A stretch of DNA of 32,000 nt from an uncultured archaeon. GTDB taxonomy: Archaea > Asgardarchaeota > Thorarchaeia > Thorarchaeales > CAZPUN01. The stretch covers positions 1-32,000 of the forward strand of contig CAZPUN010000048.1 of NCBI GenBank assembly GCA_964589775.1, given 5' to 3'. Below, piece by piece: positions 16,374 through 25,552 of the stretch. Numbering within the stretch: the first letter of the stretch is position 1; every line of letters starts with the position of its first letter. Below the pieces are notes generated by a model. That model was not told the origin of the DNA, did no database searches, and saw nothing but the letters and a program-made list of their open reading frames with translations. The position numbers were made by a program, and so were the translations under genes.

Positions 16374-18473
16374 TTAATTGTATTTTAACGCAAATATCCG
16401 AATATATGTATCATGCGCCATATTATATTCTTGGAATACTAATCTTAATAGTACATGCCCGGAGTGCGAAGGTATTAATGTATTATTAACAATAGTATAC
16501 GTTTCGAATAACTGTAAAGTTATATTGTAGATATTAATTGAAGAATATACATTCTTGAAAGGTACATCGATAAGTAAATAATTCGGGTGAAGCTCAAGTA
16601 AAAGCATATAAAGCACATTATAAGTCATTTCTTGGTTAGGTTCAGAAGCATTGTAAAACTTTATCGCAACATGATTTGTAAAATAGGCAAGTTCACGCTG
16701 CTGAACACAGGCTATTGACTCATTATATGGTACATTTTCATTTATCCATGGAACCGCATTGGACCATCCATAATCAACAATGGGATTTCGATAATCGATA
16801 TACGCAGCCCGATCAACGTATGCATAAGAATAATTTAACACAATTAGAACGATAATAAAGGATAATAAAACTCTATTATAATAGTTCCGTCGTCTAAAGA
16901 ATAGTTTGCTTATTAATAATGATACACCGATTATACACATTGTATTTGCAATATGGAAATATCGACCAATATCGTATAAATAAGTAAAATCTAAAAGAAA
17001 TGGTGAGGGCGATAAATAAGTTGCAAATAGCCCAATATTAATAATATAACCAGCACCAAACAAAAGCGTCTTTTTGTCCTTTAAATTGAATAGAAAATAG
17101 CCAACAGCTATAATTACAAGAACTATCCCAATGTTAAATGAAGAAATAGCTATAGTTTTCATTATAGACTCAAATGTAGGAAGCAAAACTGGAACTATCC
17201 TTGAGCTAGGTCTTACATTACCATACATTAGTCTTTGGAAAATATATGCAGGCACATCGCCCAATCGAGATATGATTGAAAATATGAATACCCCCAATAA
17301 TTGGAAAATCCGGTCATGCATAATTAAATTATATCTTAGTATAGAATATGCAAAAATAAATGAGAACGCAAAAATTATTGAAGAAAAGATACCGAATTTT
17401 ACAAGCCCATTTTGAACAGTTATGAATATTACAGAGAATATTTCAAAAATAATTAATCTAACAAATGAATCCAAAAGATTTCTTTTAGAATTATATAGAA
17501 ATATAAATGGTACAAATAGAATAAATGCATAAGTTGCAGGGAACCATACCATTTGAGAAATACCCAACAGTAATCCGGATAAGATAATTTGTAATTTACT
17601 AGGCGGATCATGTAATAGCATATCAAATATTACCATTAATAGTAAAATAGCATTGATCTCAGGACCATGTAATACTGCAGAAAAATAAATGAAAAATGGA
17701 CTAAGTAGAAATAATAATGTGGATACTTGAGCTGCGAATCCTGATTTTATTCTCTTTAGAATCTTATAAATTGGAACAAAAACAAGCAAACTAGGAATTA
17801 ATACAGCAATTCTAGCCCCGGTATATGAAACGTTAGATATGATCATAGAAAATGCAATCGGAAATGAAACAAACTCATGCGAAATAAGAAAACCAAAATC
17901 GAGAGATGCAAATGCAAAAATCTCGTCATTTAAGGATTTAGTGTAATACATGAACTCTTCTACAATATTTCGTGCATAATCAAAGTATAGAGCACCATCA
18001 GGAAGAATTGTCTGTAAGTTGTAAAAGATGTAAAATAAACGAGCTATAAGTCCTAAAAGAACTGCAAGTAGTATAAAACGATTCGAAAACAAATAATCCT
18101 TAAACTTTGAAATTTTAAAATCTATATCTGACTCGCTTATTGAATAAAGCAACACAAATACAATAAAGGAATTTCCAATGATCAAAAGAAAAACAGGATT
18201 CATAATGACGTGTAATGTCCAATATAAAGTGAATCCAACACCAAATATGAAATATTGAAATATATAACCCCAGATTATAGCATCAAAAATAAATGTTGCA
18301 GATTCATAATTTCCAATGCGCTTTATGATCAAAACCCCGGGAAGCAAAATAAAGCCAAAAATACCAAAAATGATTTTTAGTGGTATTACTGAAAATAAAT
18401 AACTAATATAAAATAGAGTAATCGCAAAAAAATAAAATGATATATATTGAAGCTTTTTATTAATATATATCAT
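16374..18473 (-). CDS. GT-C fold integral membrane glycosyltransferase (ArnT/PMT-like)
   Basis: Many TM helices; PDGALYFDYARNI acidic motif after the early TMs; HGPE, GRY and soluble C-domain WINENVP..ELAYFT. Confidence 0.7.
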   Translation of the reverse strand: MIYINKKLQYISFYFFAITLFYISYLFSVIPLKIIFGIFGFILLPGVLIIKRIGNYESATFIFDAIIWGYIFQYFIFGVGFTLYWTLHVIMNPVFLLIIGNSFIVFVLLYSISESDIDFKISKFKDYLFSNRFILLAVLLGLIARLFYIFYNLQTILPDGALYFDYARNIVEEFMYYTKSLNDEIFAFASLDFGFLISHEFVSFPIAFSMIISNVSYTGARIAVLIPSLLVFVPIYKILKRIKSGFAAQVSTLLFLLSPFFIYFSAVLHGPEINAILLLMVIFDMLLHDPPSKLQIILSGLLLGISQMVWFPATYAFILFVPFIFLYNSKRNLLDSFVRLIIFEIFSVIFITVQNGLVKFGIFSSIIFAFSFIFAYSILRYNLIMHDRIFQLLGVFIFSIISRLGDVPAYIFQRLMYGNVRPSSRIVPVLLPTFESIMKTIAISSFNIGIVLVIIAVGYFLFNLKDKKTLLFGAGYIINIGLFATYLSPSPFLLDFTYLYDIGRYFHIANTMCIIGVSLLISKLFFRRRNYYNRVLLSFIIVLIVLNYSYAYVDRAAYIDYRNPIVDYGWSNAVPWINENVPYNESIACVQQRELAYFTNHVAIKFYNASEPNQEMTYNVLYMLLLELHPNYLLIDVPFKNVYSSINIYNITLQLFETYTIVNNTLIPSHSGHVLLRLVFQEYNMAHDTYIRIFALKYN

Positions 18474-18570
18474 AATAATACCAACATTCTACCTTTTTCA
18501 ATTAAAATTTGTTAGGTATTTAAAATAAAAGATTTGTCTTTAACCAAAAAAGTTAATTGTGAGATTATTT

Positions 18571-19893
18571 TCATTTCCAATCCAATAATCTCTTCTGACC
18601 TTCAAGCTTTCTCAGATCTGTGATGTCCTGAGTGATTTCTATTGTACCAATGTAATTGTTCTCATTATCGAAAATTGGTAAATACTTGATATATATAAAT
18701 CGGCCCATAAATTGAATCCAGAACTCTGCCTTTTTACGCTCGCCACTCTTGAAACCCTTGAGGATCTTATCGACAATATGAACACTCTTCGGAGGATGAC
18801 ATTGATGAACTTTTCGGCCCAATATTGATGGTGATCTTCCAAATATTCGATGAGGACCATTTGAGAAGAAACGCACACGGTCATCTTTATCAATGAAAGA
18901 TATATCGACAGGTAAAATTTTGAAAATTTCAATTAATTCCTTCACAGATAGGAATCCCGTTCCAAGATCGATATCACCTTCACGAACTAATTCATAATCG
19001 TCCGGCATGAGACTTTCTTGGTTCATAATTGCTGTTTTTACTTCATCAGGGATAGATAACATCTTTTCCACAGGAATCTTGGGATCTACTTCGTAAACAT
19101 GTAAAGGCTTTGCAGATGGTTTCCATTCATCACCCGGTGTGACCTTGAAATAACCAATGTCGGGCTCCTGTTCCTTAATCGCAACCCATTCGCCTTCTGA
19201 AAGTAAGAAACTTAACGTAGGATAAAGAATGTTGTCTTCCCTAAAAGTCATATCAACAAGCGCTTCAATTAACTCATCAACTCGCTTCTGAACACGAGAC
19301 ACAAAATTACTTACGGTATCAGCTCGTTCAAATAATTTGGACAATACACGGATCGCATAACGGATTTCATCATGCTTAGTCCATAAAACAGTCGGAACAG
19401 ATGTAATACCACGCCTCTCTAAATATGGGAAAATTAACATTTCTTCACGTTCATAGTGCTTGCGTATATCACTCAAGTCTTTGAGAATGTTCTTAATAGA
19501 TTGTATAAGATTTTGTTTCGTCTTATCATCAGGTGCATTTGCTAACGAACGCGCATATAACTTCAAAACTTCTGTAATCTTAATGATTTCCTTATTCTCA
19601 TCAGATAAAGTCTTCAACGGATGCCCACTTGGCAATTTATCAAATTTACCTGCACCAGTAACGGATTCTCTAAATATTTCTACGTGTATATCACACATTG
19701 CTGCGATTTCAGCAGGCGTAACACCTTCCATAACTAATTCTTGCTCAACAACAGGAATTTCCAACGGACTAATACTTTGAAGTAGATCCTTGAACTTTTT
19801 CTTTAGCTCTTCTACATTCTCACCTGCTTGAATAGCCTTCAACATCTTCTTCATTTCTTCTTTCTTATATTCTTCATTTTGCAGCAGTTCCAT
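18571..19893 (-). CDS. DUF438 - hemerythrin-like - PAS domain protein
   Basis: ISPLEIPVVEQEL..MCDIH (DUF438); GHP, HYEREE..FPYLE, LWTKHDEIR, REDNILYP (hemerythrin-like); PVDISFIDKDDRVRFFS..CHPPKS (PAS). ATG 19893 after AGGTGA. Confidence 0.9.
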   Translation of the reverse strand: MELLQNEEYKKEEMKKMLKAIQAGENVEELKKKFKDLLQSISPLEIPVVEQELVMEGVTPAEIAAMCDIHVEIFRESVTGAGKFDKLPSGHPLKTLSDENKEIIKITEVLKLYARSLANAPDDKTKQNLIQSIKNILKDLSDIRKHYEREEMLIFPYLERRGITSVPTVLWTKHDEIRYAIRVLSKLFERADTVSNFVSRVQKRVDELIEALVDMTFREDNILYPTLSFLLSEGEWVAIKEQEPDIGYFKVTPGDEWKPSAKPLHVYEVDPKIPVEKMLSIPDEVKTAIMNQESLMPDDYELVREGDIDLGTGFLSVKELIEIFKILPVDISFIDKDDRVRFFSNGPHRIFGRSPSILGRKVHQCHPPKSVHIVDKILKGFKSGERKKAEFWIQFMGRFIYIKYLPIFDNENNYIGTIEITQDITDLRKLEGQKRLLDWK

Positions 19894-19903
19894 TTTTATC
19901 ACC

Positions 19904-19923
19904 TATATGACACATGTCATATA
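19904..19923. promoter_or_regulatory. Perfect palindromic operator candidate TATATGACA-N2-TGTCATATA
   Basis: 9-bp perfect inverted repeat with 2-bp spacer between the TATA-like TTATATATAAAT (~19930-19942) and the RBS of the DUF438 gene. Confidence 0.75.
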
Positions 19924-19997
19924 TCACTTATTTATATATAAGGTTTATGATGTGTTCGAAAAAGTACAAATAGAGGTAGTATTCGTACCAAAAGGTT

Positions 19998-20017
19998 AAT
20001 ATGCCATGCGTCATATA
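19998..20017. promoter_or_regulatory. Second, degenerate operator copy AATATGCCA-N2-CGTCATATA
   Basis: 15 of 18 arm positions match the palindrome at 19904; ends about 10 nt upstream of the regulator ATG at 20027. Confidence 0.6.
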
Positions 20018-20026
20018 TCTATAAAC

Positions 20027-20416
20027 ATGAAAATAAATGCATTTGAAGTCGCGTCGAGATATGTTTATCCATCTATCCGAAGACGGATTGTAGAGATTTT
20101 GTCCAATGAACACAAATTAAATCAGCGTGAGATAGCTCGATTGATCCATATCACTCAATCTGCGGTATCGCGATATATTAGACAAAATAGAGGAACATAC
20201 ATTGAGATCGAGCAGTTCAAGGACATTGATGAAGAAATTCGCAAGATGGTTCAATGGATTATTAAAGACGAGCCAAACGAATATGATTTGCATAAGAAGA
20301 TCATTGAGATTTCATTAGAGATGCTGGGGAAGGGCTATGTGTGTGTATTTCACCATGAGATCGATGAATCTGTAGATCCATCTAGTTGTAAGACATGTAT
20401 TGATCTTTTTGGTTGA
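20027..20416 (+). CDS. Archaeal HTH transcriptional regulator (COG2522-like) with C-terminal Cys/His metal site
   Basis: YPSIRRRIVEIL, QREIARLIHITQSAVSRY helix-turn-helix, CVFH...CKTC. Likely start ATG 20027; ORF track start is 20006. Confidence 0.85.
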   Translation: MKINAFEVASRYVYPSIRRRIVEILSNEHKLNQREIARLIHITQSAVSRYIRQNRGTYIEIEQFKDIDEEIRKMVQWIIKDEPNEYDLHKKIIEISLEMLGKGYVCVFHHEIDESVDPSSCKTCIDLFG

Positions 20417-20445
20417 AATTCGCCCTCGTGAGAGCAAGATATCTG

Positions 20446-20665
20446 CGTATAAAATACGTTGTAATAGATATTTAGCGAATATACTTCGAATCTCGGCGAG
20501 ATGCTTGGATATCACTCAAATTTATTCTGAGGATGTTTTGGAATGTGATGCATTCAAGTTTCGAGCCATTATGAATCCTCAAATTAGTTGATTGATGTTA
20601 TATGTTTGCTCTTTTTTGAATATTTAGGCTATTTACTGCCGCTTTCTAAAGCGATGGTTTCTCAC
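20446..20665 (+). repeat. Dispersed hairpin-rich intergenic element, copy B
   Basis: Colinear similarity to the reverse complement of 841-1078; hairpins CGTAT-AAA-ATACG, ATCTC-GGC-GAGAT, GAATG-N5-CATTC and CGCTTT-CT-AAAGCG followed by TTTCTCAC. Confidence 0.8.
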
Positions 20666-20758
20666 AGTTTATTTGTAAGAATACGTAATAACAAACTTTT
20701 ATTAGAATAAAAAATGAATAGATAGTCGTAAAAATGGGAGAACAGGTAGTGATTTCTA

Positions 20759-21541
20759 ATGGTTTTTGATGAAGATATAATTGGTCCCAAAGACAGCATA
20801 GAATTAGAATTAAGTGATAGAAATACTCGCGAATCAAATATAAAAATGACAATACTCATTCCGATAATTGTAGTTATATTAACGTTCATATCATTTGCAT
20901 TCATTTCTGCGATTATATTATTAATTATAAATCCTAACTTTCTCTATACAGGAATTATCTTACCATGGCAGATGCAGCTGCTTAGTGCATTAGAACTATT
21001 TTTCTTAATTGTACCAGTAATTATTTTTCGTAAAGATTGGAAAAGAAAATTAGGATTCCATGCAGAAAATATAGAAAAAATAATTTCAGAAAGTCTAATG
21101 GGGATTTTATTTGGATTTATTGTTTTTGGCGTAAATATATTAGTTGGATTTATTCAGGAAATTATCACGCCGAATACATCTGAACAGATTGACTACAGCT
21201 TTATGGTTTCAAAAGATCCAATTTCTTTAATCATTTGGGTTATAGTTATGGTGTTCTTTGTTGGGTTTAGCGAAGAAACATTATTCAGAGGATATTTACA
21301 GAACCAATTCAAGAGGGGATTCACAAATAGATATGGTCCCCACGGAAATATCCTTGCAATTGTTTTAGCGGCATTTATTTTCGCATTAGTTCATTTAAAT
21401 ATCGAAGGTTTCTTGGCATTATTCGCAATGGGTATCGCACTTGGAATAATTTTTGAATATAGAAAAAACATATATACAGTCGCAGTAGCACATGGAGTTC
21501 AAAATGCCATTGTAATTCTAATTATTTCTATGACGCTATGA
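20759..21541 (+). CDS. CPBP (Rce1/Abi) family intramembrane glutamic protease
   Basis: EETLFRG, FALVH and AHGVQN motifs within a multi-TM protein. Confidence 0.9.
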   Translation: MVFDEDIIGPKDSIELELSDRNTRESNIKMTILIPIIVVILTFISFAFISAIILLIINPNFLYTGIILPWQMQLLSALELFFLIVPVIIFRKDWKRKLGFHAENIEKIISESLMGILFGFIVFGVNILVGFIQEIITPNTSEQIDYSFMVSKDPISLIIWVIVMVFFVGFSEETLFRGYLQNQFKRGFTNRYGPHGNILAIVLAAFIFALVHLNIEGFLALFAMGIALGIIFEYRKNIYTVAVAHGVQNAIVILIISMTL

Positions 21542-21584
21542 TAGTCCTCCTCTTTATATTTTTAAAAAAGAAAAAAGCAAAATA

Positions 21585-22748
21585 TTATGCAAGTCTTCTA
21601 CGCATTGCAAAGACAATTGTTGAGAATATTACAGCGAACAATGTGAACAAAAGAACTTTAACTATCATAATCCAGTTAGTAAAGATTGAAATTCCTCTGA
21701 ATGCGGCATCCATGATTAGCATTCGACCTTGATTCATAGGCATGATTTCATCAATTATTCCAACATCGAATACGCCACCACTTAAAATGAAGTTGGCAAA
21801 CAATAAGAAGAGAAAACCTTGGTTCGCCTGAAGTCTGGTACTAGTCAGGACAGATATTATAACGCCCATTCCAGCACCTGAAAGAGACATCAGAGCTAGA
21901 ATAATTGTTAATTCAAGATAACTCGCATTAAGTTGTAGATTAAACAAACCAATCCAGAGCACAAGGAGAAATTGACCTTGAACAAGCCCGAAAATTGTAT
22001 GCCCAAATAATTTACCAACTATTGCTTCGAACTTTGAAAGAGGTGTGAGAAGCATTCGCCCTAATGGAATATCACCTACAATTGATTGCGCGGCTGTTGA
22101 TGCGACTGCAATATGCGCGGCAAAAACAACAATAAATGCGCCTATAGTAGCACCTGCAAAATTCCCACTGGGTAGAAATTCACGAACTGTTCGAGTCTCA
22201 ATCTCACGTTGCATCCAGCCATGATCAGAACGAAATTCATCAACTACTTTTTGAAGAACATCAACCATTTGACCTTCATAATTTAAAGAAGAACTACTGA
22301 CATGCATCGGAATGAAAGCAGCAATCCCCGCAGTAACATTTCCTTCAAATCCATACGGTATCACGATATAGAGGTCTATCTCATCATAGTACAATGCCCT
22401 TTTCGCATCATCTTCACTATTATAATAATGAACTGTCAAGTCTTCCTCCAATTCAAAATATGCACTAAAATTCTTGCTCAAATCCTGCCCGGGATATGTG
22501 TTTGTCGGATCTTCGTCTACAATACCCCACTCTAGATGTTTAGATATCGATTCAGTTCTGGAAGTCCCTTGTGAAACCGCCACATAAGTAGTCAGCATAA
22601 TCATTCCTGGTAGAACAAATACCATAATTAACGCAGTCTTATCTTTTGTGATCGTTCGAATTTCCTTAATTATTATAGAATAAATGCGGTACAGAAATTT
22701 GCTTTTTGATTGCTGCTTCAGTACACTTTCTTTTGAACTCATAGACAT
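21585..22748 (-). CDS. ABC-2 type transporter permease
   Basis: IIIKEIRTITKDK..VLP N-terminus, extracellular loop (GIVDED, YIVIPYGF), RMLLTPLSKFEAIVGK and ILSGGVF. Confidence 0.85.
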   Translation of the reverse strand: MSMSSKESVLKQQSKSKFLYRIYSIIIKEIRTITKDKTALIMVFVLPGMIMLTTYVAVSQGTSRTESISKHLEWGIVDEDPTNTYPGQDLSKNFSAYFELEEDLTVHYYNSEDDAKRALYYDEIDLYIVIPYGFEGNVTAGIAAFIPMHVSSSSLNYEGQMVDVLQKVVDEFRSDHGWMQREIETRTVREFLPSGNFAGATIGAFIVVFAAHIAVASTAAQSIVGDIPLGRMLLTPLSKFEAIVGKLFGHTIFGLVQGQFLLVLWIGLFNLQLNASYLELTIILALMSLSGAGMGVIISVLTSTRLQANQGFLFLLFANFILSGGVFDVGIIDEIMPMNQGRMLIMDAAFRGISIFTNWIMIVKVLLFTLFAVIFSTIVFAMRRRLA

Positions 22749-22830
22749 CTCCCGTTAAGATTTAAGCAAAAACATTGATAAATCCATTGCTTTGATATAC
22801 TCCAAACTTTGAATACCACACAATTGGCTA

Positions 22831-23742
22831 TCATAAGAATCCCAGAACATCTGCAGAGACCAATAAATAAAGTACAAGATTCCTAATAGATATTTTCTCA
22901 TGCCATCGCTGAGAAATTTGAATCACTTCAGATCTAGTAGCAGTCTTTCCATTGAAATATATCTTTCCAATAGTTCTACGGATTCCAAGATCCCCATAGG
23001 GAAATGTATCAAACCTTCGAAGCCCGGACATTAAAGCGATTTCAGCTGTCCATTTTCCAATTCCTTTAAATTTAACGAGATACTTTATTGCATCTTCAGT
23101 ACTTAATGATGAAATATATGAGAGGTCTAGATTTCCATTAATTATTTCACTGGCAATGCTTTTTACATAATTCACTTTATATCCAAGTTTGAATGATTTT
23201 AGTACTTCTTCATCGGCATTAAATAATTCATGAACGTTAGGAAATCCATGAATCGTGATCCCATTCATCTTTTCTGTGGGACCGAGACCAACAACGAGAT
23301 TATATGTCACAACATTGGCAAACCGATAAGATATTTGTTGTTGAATTATTCCTCGAATCAATGCTTCAAAAAAAGTATCGAATGTGTAGGGATGGGCCCC
23401 TATTATTTTATTATATATGTGGGAAATTTTACTATCATCTCGTATTGATTCATATACTTTAGTCATATCGTAATTCGTTCCCAGAATCCATTCAACTTTT
23501 TCTTGAATTTTATTCTGATACGATTTATATTCCACTGGATAATATACGTCAAGTTGTCGTTCATTGATCTGTTCAACATGTATTGGAATACGCAGGTTTT
23601 CAACAGTAATAATTCGGTTGAAAGACGTAGCAGTTGTTTTTTCCGGTGTAGGTTGAATATCCCGATAAATCCATGAATGAATTGTAAGATCTAACGAATA
23701 TACATTCTTTGAAGTGATTGTGAATTTATGGACATCGGACAT
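22831..23742 (-). CDS. alkA: HhH-GPD DNA glycosylase (AlkA/OGG1-like)
   Basis: FEALIRGIIQQQIS, LVKFKGIGKWTAE helix-hairpin-helix and FPYGDLG catalytic Asp. Confidence 0.85.
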   Translation of the reverse strand: MSDVHKFTITSKNVYSLDLTIHSWIYRDIQPTPEKTTATSFNRIITVENLRIPIHVEQINERQLDVYYPVEYKSYQNKIQEKVEWILGTNYDMTKVYESIRDDSKISHIYNKIIGAHPYTFDTFFEALIRGIIQQQISYRFANVVTYNLVVGLGPTEKMNGITIHGFPNVHELFNADEEVLKSFKLGYKVNYVKSIASEIINGNLDLSYISSLSTEDAIKYLVKFKGIGKWTAEIALMSGLRRFDTFPYGDLGIRRTIGKIYFNGKTATRSEVIQISQRWHEKISIRNLVLYLLVSADVLGFL

Positions 23743-23755
23743 CTTAAATTGACCC

Positions 23756-24586
23756 TCATATTAAGAGTAATACTATAAATGCATCAATTGTTGCATGAAG
23801 CATTATAGGTGCAATTAGATTTTTCGTTCGTTCCCAAAGATAACCAAACATTATTCCAATAACAGCTTGAAAGACAATAGAGTGAGCAAATGCATATAAT
23901 ATGCTATGTGTCCCAAGATATAGAATGGGAATATGCATCAAACCAAAGATTATCGCAGAATAAAATATTCCTGCTTTTGCAGATTTAAACAAATTGGAGA
24001 TACGAGTCTGAATAACACCACGAAATAGAAATTCTTCAGGTAGTGCAGCAGCTAAGAAGTAAATAAATAAACCAATTAACACGTTAGTTATATATATATA
24101 AGGATCAGCAAACATGTGAGATGCAAAATATGCAATTGCTAAGATTACGCCAATAATCAGGGAGAGAATTCCACCTACAAAAAGATTCTTTTTCAGATCA
24201 TTCGTAGAAAATCCAAAATCGGGTAAACTGTAAGTTCTATATAATATCAGTAACGGAAATATAACCATAAATACATTTTTCCAAAGAATAGAGAACCATA
24301 TGTCTGAAATATTTAAAATAATTCTAAAGTAAATTATTGATGCGACAGCCAAGATAAGAGCAAGACTCAACTCGTAGATCTCATTGGATGTCTGAATTTG
24401 AATAACACTCATATTTTTTGTCAACTTTGTAATTGAAGGAATGAGAATTAGAAAGAATAAGCCAAAAAACACGATAAATAAATGGAAGGGATAAAATATT
24501 ACAAATATACTTAAGGATAGTACATATAATATAATAAATAACAGTATAGGATTTCTATGCTCATCATTTTGAAACATTATGATCAC
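23756..24586 (-). CDS. Second CPBP family intramembrane protease
   Basis: PEEFLFRG, FGLMH and LHATID motifs; the start may be the ATG three codons downstream of the listed GTG. Confidence 0.9.
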   Translation of the reverse strand: MIIMFQNDEHRNPILLFIILYVLSLSIFVIFYPFHLFIVFFGLFFLILIPSITKLTKNMSVIQIQTSNEIYELSLALILAVASIIYFRIILNISDIWFSILWKNVFMVIFPLLILYRTYSLPDFGFSTNDLKKNLFVGGILSLIIGVILAIAYFASHMFADPYIYITNVLIGLFIYFLAAALPEEFLFRGVIQTRISNLFKSAKAGIFYSAIIFGLMHIPILYLGTHSILYAFAHSIVFQAVIGIMFGYLWERTKNLIAPIMLHATIDAFIVLLLI

Positions 24587-24643
24587 ATCTTTTTTAGTGG
24601 TGTTAAAAAGTAATCCCTATGTATAAAATTATTGGTGAGACTT

Positions 24644-24778
24644 TTGGTACAAAAAGCAGACAGAACCAAATGCGAAATATATTCAAGAGTGGTGGGATAT
24701 CTAAGACCTATTGATCAATGGAATGAAGGCAAATATGAAGAATTTAAAAATAGAAAGAAATTTGATTCTGTGAAATAA
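24644..24778 (+). CDS. Stand-alone 44-aa NrdD-type glycyl-radical domain peptide
   Basis: TTG start after GGTGA; MVQKADRTKCEIYSRVVGYLRPIDQWNEGKYEEFKNRKKFDSVK contains the class III RNR C-terminal signature YSRVVGYLRP..WNxGK.EEF..R. Below the ORF-track length cutoff. Confidence 0.9.
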   Translation: MVQKADRTKCEIYSRVVGYLRPIDQWNEGKYEEFKNRKKFDSVK

Positions 24779-24793
24779 AAAGAAAAAGAAAGA

Positions 24794-24901
24794 CTATTCT
24801 TCCTTCTTTTCTTTCTTGTAGGGGTTTCCTTTCATAGGGTTCTTGGGCTTGTGTATCTTAATTGAAAAGGTTTCCTTTAATTTCTCCTTTATAGAAGACA
24901 T
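24794..24901 (-). CDS. Small Lys-rich hypothetical protein (35 aa)
   Basis: GGGAGG RBS (24912-24917), then ATG: MSSIKEKLKETFSIKIHKPKNPMKGNPYKKEKKEE*; followed by a T-rich tract on the minus strand. Confidence 0.55.
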   Translation of the reverse strand: MSSIKEKLKETFSIKIHKPKNPMKGNPYKKEKKEE

Positions 24902-25053
24902 ATTTTAAGATCCTCCCATTTTGTTACTTTTATAAGCACTAAATTATATGCACACACTACCTTATATATCTAACTACAATATCTAAAATTTTCCAGATAT
25001 ACTAAACCATAACATTCATTAGAGATTATTTTTTTCACGATACAGGTGATTTT

Positions 25054-25533
25054 ATGAGCTCTGAAACAAAGCCAAAGAAAAAACGAATTGAACGAATGGA
25101 ATACGAATTTGATATGTATTTAGAAGGCAACTATAAATTCCATATCACCTTTGATCTACCGAATGTACCAGAATTCTTAATGGATGAACCACCCGAAATT
25201 GGTGGTGAGGGCGCAGGCCCAAATGCGGCACGTGTTGTTGCAGCAGGTGTTGGAGATTGTTTGAGTGCCAGTCTGATTTTCTGTCTTAGAAAAATGAAGA
25301 TCCCAATCAAAGACTTCAAGACGCATGTAAAAGCAGTAGTCGAGCGAAATGCAGATGGGTATTTAAGATTATCACACATTTATGTTACACTAAATCCAAA
25401 AATCGGAAAAGAATATGAACAAAAGAACCTAGAACGATGTATAAGTATTTTCCAGAAATATTGTATTGTATCAGATGCTATACGACATGGCGTTCCAATT
25501 GATGTGGATGTAAAGCCTGAAGAAGAGGCATAA
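25054..25533 (+). CDS. OsmC/Ohr family protein
   Basis: MDEPPEIGGEGAGPN, GDCLSASL and KYCIVS two-Cys pattern; AGGTGA RBS. Confidence 0.88.
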   Translation: MSSETKPKKKRIERMEYEFDMYLEGNYKFHITFDLPNVPEFLMDEPPEIGGEGAGPNAARVVAAGVGDCLSASLIFCLRKMKIPIKDFKTHVKAVVERNADGYLRLSHIYVTLNPKIGKEYEQKNLERCISIFQKYCIVSDAIRHGVPIDVDVKPEEEA

Positions 25534-25552
25534 GCCTCTCATATATTATTTT

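Noticed and set aside
20400-20591. 63-aa ORF within repeat copy B (and 706-900 over copy A)
   Set aside because: The equivalent region of copy A is frameshifted (EDVFGCD vs EDVLECD, then out of frame) and there is no RBS. A decayed coding origin cannot be fully excluded.
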